Notes: a model not told the origin generated them from the sequence alone. A stretch of DNA of 32,000 bases from Candidatus Nitrospira inopinata (GCF_001458695.1 NZ_LN885086.1:1170001-1202000); one strand, 5' to 3'; numbered from the stretch's first letter, positions 9,601-16,472 are shown. Numbers and translations: made by a program.

Positions 9601-9762
9601 ATGGTGTTGGTGACGGGCATGACGGTCGGCACGATCTTTACCCTGTTCGTCGTGCCGGTCTTTTACTCGTTGATCGCGGCGCGGCATGAGACGGTCGAAT
9701 CAAGCACGACGCCGGATGAGGTCGGTGATGAGAAGCTGACGTTGGCGGGGGTCGAGAGCTAG
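6655..9762 (+). CDS. Efflux RND transporter permease (AcrB/HAE1-type)
   Basis: 1035 aa. N-terminus FTNLFITHPVLAIVVNLVILIVGWRALIALPVQQYP, VVDDAIVVVENVERH motif in TM4, and a 12-TM two-fold repeat organisation. Confidence 0.95.
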   Translation: MHPESARPSFTNLFITHPVLAIVVNLVILIVGWRALIALPVQQYPTIENSEVVIKTLYYGASAETVQGFVSTPIERAVSSISGVDYVESTSRAGVSTVTVHLKLNHSSTAALAEVTARLQQVRSELPPEAEPPTIDVQRADRPYASFYLSFSSHERTVPAITDWLLRTLQPQLATLPGVQRVTFEGERQIAMRVWIDPDRLASFNLSPGDVQSALRRNNYLAAVGRTKGNLVQINLLADTDLRSAAEFEDLVVADRAGAIVRLKDVAGIERDAEEAVMVAKYDETEGVYLGIWPVPGVNEIDVGRRLREEVERIRPTLPPDIDMKLVWDATMFIRNALAEITKTLSETILIVAVVVFVFLGSVRTALVPLVAMPVSLIGAAAFMALFGFSLNLLTLLAIVLAVGLVVDDAIVVVENVERHVRMGRSRKEAAYAAARELVGPIVAMTITLATVYAPIGFQGGLSGSLFLEFAITLAVAVVLSGVVAVTLSPVMSAWSVRPQGREGLLARLVDRAFASLRRTYGRLLDGALAMRWSIVASALLVTAAAWPLFFFSRQELAPVEDQSHISLFFEAAPDSTVAATNRAHLDVVRAIAAIPETDYTWALTTAWGGFGGIVTKDWRERARSTEEMYDDVYGAVSQVPGLRVFPRLDPPLPTPGQYDVELVLQSEGSAETMLEAVAEVLSAAWRSGKFLYADTDLKIDLPQARAVLDRERIADLGLDLAAVGRELGTLLGGAYVNRFNYFDRSYKVIPQIGDKDRATLDPLLDLKIKTPGGQLVPVSTFARIETGVAPRALNRFQQRHAARVFGGLKPGVTKEEGLRVLEAAAAPLSPLVHLDYAGESRQLRQEGAALTVTLGFAVVLIFLVLAAQFKSFRDPLIVLLGSVPLAISGALVVGFLDLTTINIYSQVGLITLVGLIAKNGILIVEFANQLQAQGCSREAAAREAALTRLRPVLMTSAATVFGHLPLVLATGPGAAARNSIGMVLVTGMTVGTIFTLFVVPVFYSLIAARHETVESSTTPDEVGDEKLTLAGVES

Positions 9763-10150
9763 GCGTCCCCGGATGATGCACGCGGGGGTGACGGCTGTAA
9801 CTAGGTCAACAAAAGGGGTCGAGGGAACAAAATGGGGGTCGGGAGTCGTTTTTCAGGAGCCTTTGGGCCGTCCGCGTAGCTGCGCGTCGATTCCATCCTC
9901 AAATAAATGCCTCACGATCCCTTCGCACCCGCCCTCGTTACCAAACGGTCTCCCACGCCGTACGCTGGTGTGGAGGGCCTCCCGTTCGGACCCAGCTCGC
10001 ATATGCTATGCGGGCGATTGTGCCACAAAAGGCTCTCGACCTCTTTTCGCCTCCCCGCAATGATCTTTTCCAGATCTCCTGAGGAAATCGCTCGGATTCG
10101 CCTGTCTCATGCAGCTCCTGCGTAGAGCGGTTGGCAAAGGTTTTGGTCCC

Positions 10151-10220
10151 CTGTCACCCGTAAACTGTCACGCGACACTTATCAATATCAATCCGACCAG
10201 GCTTCGATGCGACGACCAGG
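10151..10220. repeat. Cluster of short direct repeats in non-coding DNA
   Basis: CTGTCAC at 10151-10157 and 10165-10171. Tandem ATCAAT at 10181-10186 and 10187-10192, with ATCAATA again at 10281-10287. CGACCAGG at 10194-10201 and 10213-10220. Confidence 0.6.
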
Positions 10221-10241
10221 TTGAATGGCCTCCGCTGGTGT

Positions 10242-10277
10242 CCAGTCTACTTGAGTAGACTGGAGTGATTAGACTGG
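10242..10277. repeat. Perfect 9-bp inverted repeat plus a third direct half-site
   Basis: ccagtctac (10242-10250), ttga, gtagactgg (10255-10263), then tagactgg again at 10270-10277. It lies about 55 nt downstream of the minus-strand stop at 10317. No U-tract on either strand, so it is not a canonical terminator. Confidence 0.6.
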
Positions 10278-10316
10278 CGAATCAATACGGGTCTGCCTGG
10301 TGCAAGCATAGATAGC

Positions 10317-10781
10317 TCAGTCGCCAGGGTGTCGAAATCCTCTAAGAACCCATGCAACGACTGCCCCGATGCCATAGACGAGCGCCGACGCCGTGATGCT
10401 CAGCACCAGCCCTGTGGCCGAGTATCCGAGCATCCCTTCCCATTTGGGGTAGTCGGCTTGAAGCATTTCGCGGGTATATGGTGGCAACTCGTAATGTTTC
10501 TTGCGGCGCTCTTGATACAGCCACCAGCACGTGGACGTCGAGGGCATGTTTGTACGAGGATTTGGAGGTTCTCGCAGTTCGCTTAGAGGCTTCTGTTGGT
10601 AAGGTTTGCACGCAGGATTATCCAAATCCCCTTCAATCCCAATTCTAGTAATTTCCGCTCCGATCCTCTCCATACTTTTGGAAAACGGCCAGACTAAGGT
10701 CATGTAGAGAACAAAGAGGACGGACAGCACTAGCCATAGCCGCTGAAAACCGTTCGCTCGTTGAAGCCATGATCTCGCCAT
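10317..10781 (-). CDS. Hypothetical membrane protein (two predicted TM helices), lower GC than surroundings
   Basis: 154-aa ORF with an N-terminal TM (LWLVLSVLFVLYMTLVWPF) and a C-terminal TM (GLVLSITASALVYGIGAVVAWVL). No family recognised. The sequence is visibly more AT-rich than flanking genes (for example 10621-10680). Confidence 0.5.
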   Translation of the reverse strand: MARSWLQRANGFQRLWLVLSVLFVLYMTLVWPFSKSMERIGAEITRIGIEGDLDNPACKPYQQKPLSELREPPNPRTNMPSTSTCWWLYQERRKKHYELPPYTREMLQADYPKWEGMLGYSATGLVLSITASALVYGIGAVVAWVLRGFRHPGD

Positions 10782-11169
10782 AATCAGGCAGTGTTCTTAC
10801 CCTCTTTGCTTAGGCCCCGGCCGCTTACGCGGTATCACGGGAGGATGCTAACCCCAAGCCCGCGTTATGGCCGGCACTCGTTGACGCTTCTACTAGCAGC
10901 GCTGCTGCAGGCTCCCCGCGCACATGGCACGGGAATCTCCGGTGCCTACTGGATGATGGCGATCTAAAAGGAAATCAGATGCTTATCAAGCAGATCGCTG
11001 CACGGAGCTGTCCGCGATAGGCTGCGAATCCCGCAGTCTCTCCGGCTATCGCCCTGCCATATATCCCGGTCACTCGCTCGATGCCAGCCAGGGAGGGGCT
11101 GCCCGATTTGTCTACGCCCTGTTTTCTTCAGAGGACAGGTGGCTGGATCATGGCCGTGCTGATGTCTTT

Positions 11170-11432
11170 GTGCGCGAGCAGTTTTTAGATTGCTGGGAAA
11201 TGCTGATCTCTCGTATCCCGCCATGGAGTTCTTGTCAGACTTCGCGTTTGGTCTCGAATGTGGCCAGGCCTCATGGTGACACGTGGTCTCTTTGTCTGGA
11301 GAGCTGGAATCGTGCGGGGCAAACCACAGCGGCCATTATTACAGCATGGTCACATTGACTCATTACGAGCCGATTGCTCTCGATTTGCCGGCACACACTG
11401 GGTATGATGCCGTCGATGCGACGATCATCTAA
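11170..11432 (+). pseudogene. higB: Probable frameshifted higB (RelE-fold HigB toxin) remnant
   Basis: HigB-like segments are split over three frames. Frame 1 reads ...LESWNRAGQTTAAIITAWSH* (compare FNvGGN..RvV). Frame 2 reads ...DCSRFAGTHWV* (compare C.IR.V.TH). Frame 0 reads ...GYDAVDATII* ending at TAA 11430-11432 (compare the conserved TH.EYD..DA C-terminus). That stop is 16 nt upstream of the higA GTG. The N-terminal boundary is uncertain. Confidence 0.4.
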
Positions 11433-11448
11433 CAGACGAAGGGGCGAC

Positions 11449-11808
11449 GTGACCATTGCTCCGATCAAAACGCCCCGCGACTACGACCGGGCATTGGCCC
11501 GTATCGACCAACTGATGGAGGCGAAGCCGGGCACGAAGGCCGGCGATGAGCTGGACGTGCTCACGACGCTCGTCGAGGCGTACGAGGCCAAGCATCACGC
11601 AATTTATCCTCCCGACCCGATCGATGCGATCAGATTTCGGATGGATCAACTCGGCATGACGCGGAAGGATTTGGAATCGGTGTTGGGCGGGCGCGGACGT
11701 GTGTCGGAAATCCTGACGAAGAAGCGAAATCTCTCGCTTGAGATGATTCGCCGGCTCCACCGCACGTTACACATCCCCCTGGAAAGCCTCATCGGCACCG
11801 CCGCTTAG
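11449..11808 (+). CDS. higA: HigA-family antitoxin / XRE-type HTH transcriptional regulator
   Basis: IAPIKTPRDYDRALARIDQLMEAKPGTKAGDELDVLTTLVEAYE followed by DPIDAIRFRMDQLGMTRKDLESVLGGRGRVSEILTKKRNLSLEMIRRLHRTLHIPLESLI matches the E. coli HigA (YgjM) layout, with the HTH in the C-terminal half. GTG at 11449 with gaagggg upstream is preferred over the listed TTG at 11374. Confidence 0.75.
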   Translation: MTIAPIKTPRDYDRALARIDQLMEAKPGTKAGDELDVLTTLVEAYEAKHHAIYPPDPIDAIRFRMDQLGMTRKDLESVLGGRGRVSEILTKKRNLSLEMIRRLHRTLHIPLESLIGTAA

Positions 11809-11871
11809 TCGCTCTTGTTTCCGGTCGATGTTCGTCTTCAGCCTCCCTGGCTTGACTCGTCTCTGATTCCT

Positions 11872-12924
11872 ATGATTAGGTCCCGTACGGCAATGATGAT
11901 GCTTCGCTCCGTCCGTCTTGTGGTCGCGCTTGCGCTCCTGACCCTCTCGCCTGGTTGCCAGAAGGAGAGCGAATCCATCGTGTCGATCGCACTCCATCCC
12001 AAGAATGCCAACATCCTCTACGTTGCCACGAATGACGCGGTTTACAAGTCGCGCGACGGGGGAGCAACGTGGGAGCGGTTTCCGAGTTTCAGCGCGCGAC
12101 GGGTGACGACGCTGGCGATCGATCCGCTGCTGCCCGCCACCGTCTATGCCGGGACGATGGGCGACGCGGTGTACAAGAGTCCGGACGGAGGGCAACGGTG
12201 GCTTCCGCATAACGTGGGGCTGAAAGATCACGTGTCGTTCGTCAACCAATTCGTCTTTCACCCGGCGCTCACGGAAAACATCTATACGGCGACCACCGTC
12301 GGCGTGTTCTACACGAAGGACGCCGGGCGGGAATGGGAAGAACGGATGAACGGCATGAAGGAGGTTCACATCGTGACCTCGATCGCCATCAATCCCAAAG
12401 AGCCGGCGGTGTTGTACGCCGGCACCACGGGGGGAATCTACCGATCGGAAGACGGGGGGATGAATTGGAGAAAGATCAACAACGGGTTGATTCCGGAGAC
12501 GGAACTGATGGGCGCCATGGCGCTGGGCGTCAATGCCATCGAAATCGACCGGACGAATCCCGACCTCGTGTACGCGGGGACGACCAAAGGCCTCTTTCGC
12601 ACCGAGGACAGGGGCGAGCATTGGGAACGAATCGGTCTGGCCCTGTCGGATTCGTTTGTCTGCTGCCTCGTCCTGCATCCGAGCGATCCAATGGTGCTGT
12701 ATCTCGGCGGTCCGGCGGGAGTATGGAAAAGTGCGGATGGAGGGCACGCCTGGCAGGCAGTCAACCAGGGACTTGCGACGCTCAATATCAGGGCCTTGGC
12801 CATGGCGCCGACGGATGCCCGGACGCTTTACGTCGGGACGAACGGCAGCGGTCTCTATCGGTCCACCGATGCCGGCGCGACCTGGACGCCGGTTCCGCTC
12901 AAAGCGGCGGCGAAACAACCATGA
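11872..12924 (+). CDS. BNR/Asp-box repeat beta-propeller lipoprotein (Ycf48-like / WD40-YVTN-BNR-like repeat protein)
   Basis: Lipobox LLTLSPGC after a signal peptide. Seven Asp-box-like motifs are present: SRDGGATW, SPDGGQRW, TKDAGREW, SEDGGMNW, TEDRGEHW, SADGGHAW, STDAGATW. Each follows a (L/I/V)YAGT/YVGT strand. Start is ATG 11872, or the ATG run at 11893-11901. Confidence 0.75.
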   Translation: MIRSRTAMMMLRSVRLVVALALLTLSPGCQKESESIVSIALHPKNANILYVATNDAVYKSRDGGATWERFPSFSARRVTTLAIDPLLPATVYAGTMGDAVYKSPDGGQRWLPHNVGLKDHVSFVNQFVFHPALTENIYTATTVGVFYTKDAGREWEERMNGMKEVHIVTSIAINPKEPAVLYAGTTGGIYRSEDGGMNWRKINNGLIPETELMGAMALGVNAIEIDRTNPDLVYAGTTKGLFRTEDRGEHWERIGLALSDSFVCCLVLHPSDPMVLYLGGPAGVWKSADGGHAWQAVNQGLATLNIRALAMAPTDARTLYVGTNGSGLYRSTDAGATWTPVPLKAAAKQP

Positions 12925-13250
12925 GCTCCATGCCCGATCCCAGTCAGCCTCTCGCGGAAGAATTCCGACGCCATCTCGATACGTTCTACGGCCGTCTCAA
13001 GCTGGCCCCGCCCTACGACAGTGTCGAGAAAGCGGTCCGGGTTCTGGTAGCCGCTGTCCGAGCGTTGCCTGAGGAGGAGCGGCGCCGTGTCCTCGTCGAT
13101 CCCGTCGCGCGGTGGGAACTGTTTCGGCAGGCTTTCGAACGGTCGGGTCTTGCCAAGAAACATCGAGGCATCATTGCCGGCTTGGCGCGCAACCGGGCGT
13201 CGTTGGATTTGCCGGCCGACTACGATCACTTTTTGAATCTGTTCGTCTGA
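12921..13250 (+). CDS. Hypothetical small protein (109 aa), translationally coupled to the BNR protein
   Basis: ATGA overlap: ATG at 12921-12923 and upstream TGA at 12922-12924. It is the in-frame end of listed ORF 12333..13250. Sequence MSSMPDPSQPLAEEFRRHLDTFYGRL... looks helical and matches no family I recognise. Confidence 0.5.
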   Translation: MSSMPDPSQPLAEEFRRHLDTFYGRLKLAPPYDSVEKAVRVLVAAVRALPEEERRRVLVDPVARWELFRQAFERSGLAKKHRGIIAGLARNRASLDLPADYDHFLNLFV

Positions 13251-13261
13251 CGATGAAAAGG

Positions 13262-13879
13262 TCATGAGCGAGGGGAGGCTTCAAGAGCTTCTCGCAGTTC
13301 CTCGTACACTTTCGTCAGACGGTCGTTTTCCAATCGATAGGAGAGAATCACCGTGACGATTCCCGTGAGGAGGACCAGCGCGGCTCCGGCGACAAGTCCG
13401 ACTCCCAGAAACGTGCCTTGGAGAGAAGAGAACCCGCCGTCGCGCGCGTACGTTGCGATGAACGCCAGCGATCCGATCGCCACCACGGCGAACCAAAGCA
13501 GCGTGATCAACGCGGATGACCAGGGGATGCGCTTGACGCACAACGCCGTCAGGCTTCGGTCGTCGATCAAAAGGTGGACAAGGCCTTTGACGGGCCAGGC
13601 CGTGCGGAATCCCATTGAAAACAAGCGATACTGCGGGCGTATCGCGATGGCGGACAGTTCGGGATAAAACCGGGCGACTCCATGGGGCAGCTTCAGCAGA
13701 CCATCGGCGTCGAAGCGATCGCGGACGGCGCTCAACGTGCTCGTCGTCCATTGATCCCGGCTTCGGGCGACGCTGCATCCGTAACGGATGGCGTCGGGGG
13801 TCAGGCGGACGAAGTACACCCAGTCTCCCAGGATCAACCCGATAAGCAGGACGCTGGCGAACAGGCCGGCGATGACCAT
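13262..13879 (-). CDS. Hypothetical membrane protein
   Basis: 205-aa ORF with an N-terminal TM (VIAGLFASVLLIGLILGDWVYFV) and two C-terminal TMs (ALITLLWFAVVAIGSLAFIATYA; FLGVGLVAGAALVLLTGIVTVILSY). No family recognised. Confidence 0.55.
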   Translation of the reverse strand: MVIAGLFASVLLIGLILGDWVYFVRLTPDAIRYGCSVARSRDQWTTSTLSAVRDRFDADGLLKLPHGVARFYPELSAIAIRPQYRLFSMGFRTAWPVKGLVHLLIDDRSLTALCVKRIPWSSALITLLWFAVVAIGSLAFIATYARDGGFSSLQGTFLGVGLVAGAALVLLTGIVTVILSYRLENDRLTKVYEELREALEASPRS

Positions 13880-14005
13880 GGCTCGTACCTATCCCATAGC
13901 CGTTGTCGGCGAATCAAGGTGCCGACGGTGGGAAAGGCGATGGCCGTTGCCCGATGATCGTCGTCATGATCATTGTCGATCCGATCGGGTGGGCGAAGAA
14001 GTTTA

Positions 14006-14034
14006 TTGACTCAGTTGGGAGACTTGGCTAGAGT
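14006..14034 (+). promoter_or_regulatory. Sigma70-like promoter candidate for the methyltransferase gene
   Basis: TTGACT (14006-14011), 17-nt spacer, TAGAGT (14029-14034). It sits about 140 nt upstream of ATG 14178. Confidence 0.3.
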
Positions 14035-14177
14035 AGGCCCCGTTTGTGTTTTGGGCGGGTCTCTCGCGTCTCGGTTTCCCGCCTCGAGGGTTTTCCCCAC
14101 ACATCGACAGCGGCTTCAGTCTCCTTGTGCGTCGCCCGGTAGATGGGCACACGTCGTCCGAGGCTTGGAGGGAACGA

Positions 14178-14918
14178 ATGGATCGCGACAAGATCGAACG
14201 GGTCTATACGACCTACGCCGGGTTCTATGATCACGTGTTCGGGAAGGTATTTCAGGAGGGACGGGAATCCGCCATCCGCAACCTCAACGTGCAGCCCGGT
14301 GAGACGGTGCTTGAGGTCGGCGTGGGGACCGGTATCGCGCTCCCGATGTACCCCAGCCACTGTCGCATCGTGGGCATCGATCTGTCCGAGGGCATGTTGG
14401 CCAAGGCCAAAGAACGGGCCGAGGCCCTTCGGCTTTCGCACGTTCAGCTTCACCGGATGGACGCCGGAGCCATGGAATTCGCGGACGACAGTTTCGACAC
14501 GGTCGTGGCGGCGTACGTCGTGACGGCGGTACCCGACTATCGGAAGGTCGTCAATGAAATGATTCGCGTCTGCCGGCCCGGCGGCCGCATTGTCATGCTG
14601 AATCATTTCAGCAACGGGAACAAGGTCATCAACGCCATCGAACGGGTCCTTTCTCCCCTCACCAAACACTTGGGATGGAGGACCGACCTCTCGCTGAACA
14701 CCGTCTTGGAAGGGACGTCGCTCCTGGTCGCCCGCAAGCAAAAGGTCAATCCGCTCCGCCTGTGGGCCTTGGTCGAATGTGTAAATGGCAAGGACGGATG
14801 TCGACACCCGGGCTGTCACGCCTCCGACCAGTATGGCGCCTCGGGATACTCGAACGGCGGGGGGACGGCGAGCTATTCGAACGGCAACGGCCGCTATTCC
14901 CACGAAGCGGCTCTCTGA
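14178..14918 (+). CDS. Class I SAM-dependent methyltransferase (phospholipid N-methyltransferase PmtA-like) with atypical C-terminal tail
   Basis: ATG 14178 is preceded by ggaggga. The N-terminus KIERVYTTYAGFYDHVFGKVFQEGR resembles Rhodobacter-type PmtA. SAM motif I is VLEVGVGTGIAL, followed by DDSFDTVVAAYV and RPGGRIVMLNH. The last ~43 aa (CVNGKDGCRHPGCH...GYSNGGGTASYSNGNGRYS) are low-complexity. Confidence 0.8.
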   Translation: MDRDKIERVYTTYAGFYDHVFGKVFQEGRESAIRNLNVQPGETVLEVGVGTGIALPMYPSHCRIVGIDLSEGMLAKAKERAEALRLSHVQLHRMDAGAMEFADDSFDTVVAAYVVTAVPDYRKVVNEMIRVCRPGGRIVMLNHFSNGNKVINAIERVLSPLTKHLGWRTDLSLNTVLEGTSLLVARKQKVNPLRLWALVECVNGKDGCRHPGCHASDQYGASGYSNGGGTASYSNGNGRYSHEAAL

Positions 14919-14928
14919 CGCGTTTCTT

Positions 14929-15756
14929 CTAGACCGATCTCGCCCGGCTGTTCCTTGTGACCCAGCTTTCCCATTCATGGCCCGGGATGATCGTCGTGCC
15001 GACGAGACAGGTCCCTTCGAAATTCCTCGTGATATGGCAGGCGAGGATTTCCACGATGCGGCGCGCCTGTCGGTCTTGCGAGCCAAGGACCCGCAGCATC
15101 AGCCCGAAGCCCTGTCCCGCGAGCGGCTTGTAAAGCATCGCGCGCACCGCATTCGTTTCGTGACCCGTTGGACGGTCGGCGGGAATCAAATCTCCTTCCC
15201 ATATAATCATCGGCGTAATCGTCGGATTAACGGTTGCATCCCGCTTGGTTGACGTCCAAAAGCACGGGAGACCCGCTTCATCGAGTTGATCCAACAGCCA
15301 TTGGACGGTGGGGCCGTCGGCCGTCTGCCCTTGGAACGTCCACCGCGCCAAGTCGGCAAAGGCGTTGGGAGAGGCGATCGGAGCGGAGACTTCTTGAAAG
15401 TGCGCTTCGTCGCAGACGATGTAGAGTTCTCCCTGCGGGTCGAACCAGAAGCGCAGTCGCCCCGCGCTGTACTCCGCCTGGATGACGTCGAGCGACGAGC
15501 AGTCCGCGCCTTCCTGCTCCAGCAGCGAAAAATCCGTCACGCCGGTCATCGTGAGCTTGGCGACGCGAATCGACCCGTACGCCTGGTAGCGGATGGTGAC
15601 CGAGACCGTGGTTCCAGCCGGAATGTCCCGCCCGGACTCTTCATCAAACAGGCGTCGTTTGGACATTTGTACGTCCGTGACGTAACCGGAGCGGAATCCT
15701 CCCGTGTGAGCGATCAGCCATCCGAGGTCTTCGACCGTCTTGATCGTGTGCCGCAT
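14929..15756 (-). CDS. Hypothetical protein (275 aa), no recognised family
   Basis: Long ORF with codon usage and GC content matching its neighbours. ATG at 15754-15756. It is convergent with the methyltransferase gene (10-nt gap). Confidence 0.6.
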   Translation of the reverse strand: MRHTIKTVEDLGWLIAHTGGFRSGYVTDVQMSKRRLFDEESGRDIPAGTTVSVTIRYQAYGSIRVAKLTMTGVTDFSLLEQEGADCSSLDVIQAEYSAGRLRFWFDPQGELYIVCDEAHFQEVSAPIASPNAFADLARWTFQGQTADGPTVQWLLDQLDEAGLPCFWTSTKRDATVNPTITPMIIWEGDLIPADRPTGHETNAVRAMLYKPLAGQGFGLMLRVLGSQDRQARRIVEILACHITRNFEGTCLVGTTIIPGHEWESWVTRNSRARSV

Positions 15757-15762
15757 GCGCTC

Positions 15763-15768
15763 ATTGTA
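15763..15768 (-). promoter_or_regulatory. -10-like TACAAT hexamer 6 nt upstream of the ATG (possible leaderless transcript)
   Basis: The minus strand reads ...ctgtaggcTACAATgagcgcATG. No Shine-Dalgarno sequence is present and no convincing -35 element. Confidence 0.25.
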
Positions 15769-15921
15769 GCCTACAGAGGATGGAACGGCTAGGCGGTCAC
15801 GGAGTTCCGACCGGCATTCTCGGTCGCGCCGACCGTTTTCAAGGCAGGGGAGGAGTCCTCAAGAGCGACGTCCGATCAGAAGCGGATCGTTGAACATCTT
15901 CGTCGCTTGGGAGAACGCGAT

Positions 15922-16434
15922 TCACTCGCCGGTCAGGGCCCGTTGGTATATGGCCAAATCATGGGGAGAGAAGCAACAGAAGATGACGTCATGAAGGATG
16001 GGAACGTTCGCCAGCGACTCGCGGACCGTCGTAACGGCGATTTCGGCGGCCTGTTCGATGGGATAGCCGTAGATGCCGGTGCTGATGCTGGGGAACGCAA
16101 TGCTGGTAATCCCGTTGATCGAGGCGAGCTCAATACACCGTCGATAACAGGAGGCCAGCGATTCCGCTTCACCGCGTCGTCCTCCATGCCACACAGGACC
16201 GACCGTATGGATGACGTATCGAGCGGGAAGTCGATAGCCTCTCGTGAGCTTGGCGTCGCCGGTTCGGCAGCCGCCGAGCCGGCGGCATTCCTCGGCCAGT
16301 TCGGGTCCCGCGGCACGGTGGATCGCGCCGCAGACTCCCCCGCCGGGAAGCAGCGATTCGTTGGCGGCGTTGACGATTGCGTCAACGTTCAGGGTGGTGA
16401 TGTCGGCGCAAATAGCGCGAAGGGACGGCGGCAT
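15922..16434 (-). CDS. Macro-domain protein (O-acetyl-ADP-ribose deacetylase, YmdB-like)
   Basis: [61 protein letters not shown]: canonical macro-domain motifs. 170 aa. Confidence 0.9.
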   Translation of the reverse strand: MPPSLRAICADITTLNVDAIVNAANESLLPGGGVCGAIHRAAGPELAEECRRLGGCRTGDAKLTRGYRLPARYVIHTVGPVWHGGRRGEAESLASCYRRCIELASINGITSIAFPSISTGIYGYPIEQAAEIAVTTVRESLANVPILHDVIFCCFSPHDLAIYQRALTGE

Positions 16435-16446
16435 GATACTGTCTCG

Positions 16447-16472
16447 CGCGCAAGTCCGTATGATCTTGCGCG
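16447..16472. promoter_or_regulatory. 8-bp inverted repeat just upstream of the macro-domain gene start
   Basis: cgcgcaag (16447-16454), 10 nt, cttgcgcg (16465-16472). It lies in the divergent region between the starts at 16434 (minus strand) and 16603 (plus strand). Confidence 0.25.

Noticed and set aside
6559-9687. Long minus-strand ORFs 6559..8409 (616 aa) and 8566..9687 (373 aa)
   Set aside because: Both lie entirely antisense to the RND pump gene. Their translations are Arg/His/Asp/Gly-rich nonsense with no recognisable motifs.
9880-10110. Minus-strand frame reading ..GDLEKIIAGRRKEVESLL.., reminiscent of the TrpC (IGPS) N-terminus
   Set aside because: The resemblance covers only about 15 residues. 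The frame has no start codon, and the downstream sequence shows none of the IGPS motifs. It is probably chance.
10925-10945. TGGCAC hexamer (possible sigma-54 -24 element)
   Set aside because: The -12 position reads TCTCC instead of TTGC(A/T), and no gene lies downstream at an appropriate distance.
10964-11224. 86-aa minus-strand ORF, and a 13-codon ORF at 10973 with an AAGGA ribosome-binding site
   Set aside because: No recognisable family. The first overlaps the HigB-like remnant in antisense. The second is too short and too far from higA to be the toxin start.
11767-12918. 383-aa minus-strand ORF, and the 305-aa plus-strand ORF 12333..13250
   Set aside because: The first is antisense to the BNR-propeller gene. 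Most of the second lies out of frame over that gene. Only the last 109 codons of the second (from ATG 12921) are non-overlapping and were kept as a separate feature.
14028-15086. 352-aa minus-strand ORF
   Set aside because: It is antisense to the SAM-methyltransferase gene, which has clear motifs. The composition is that of a spurious GC-rich frame.
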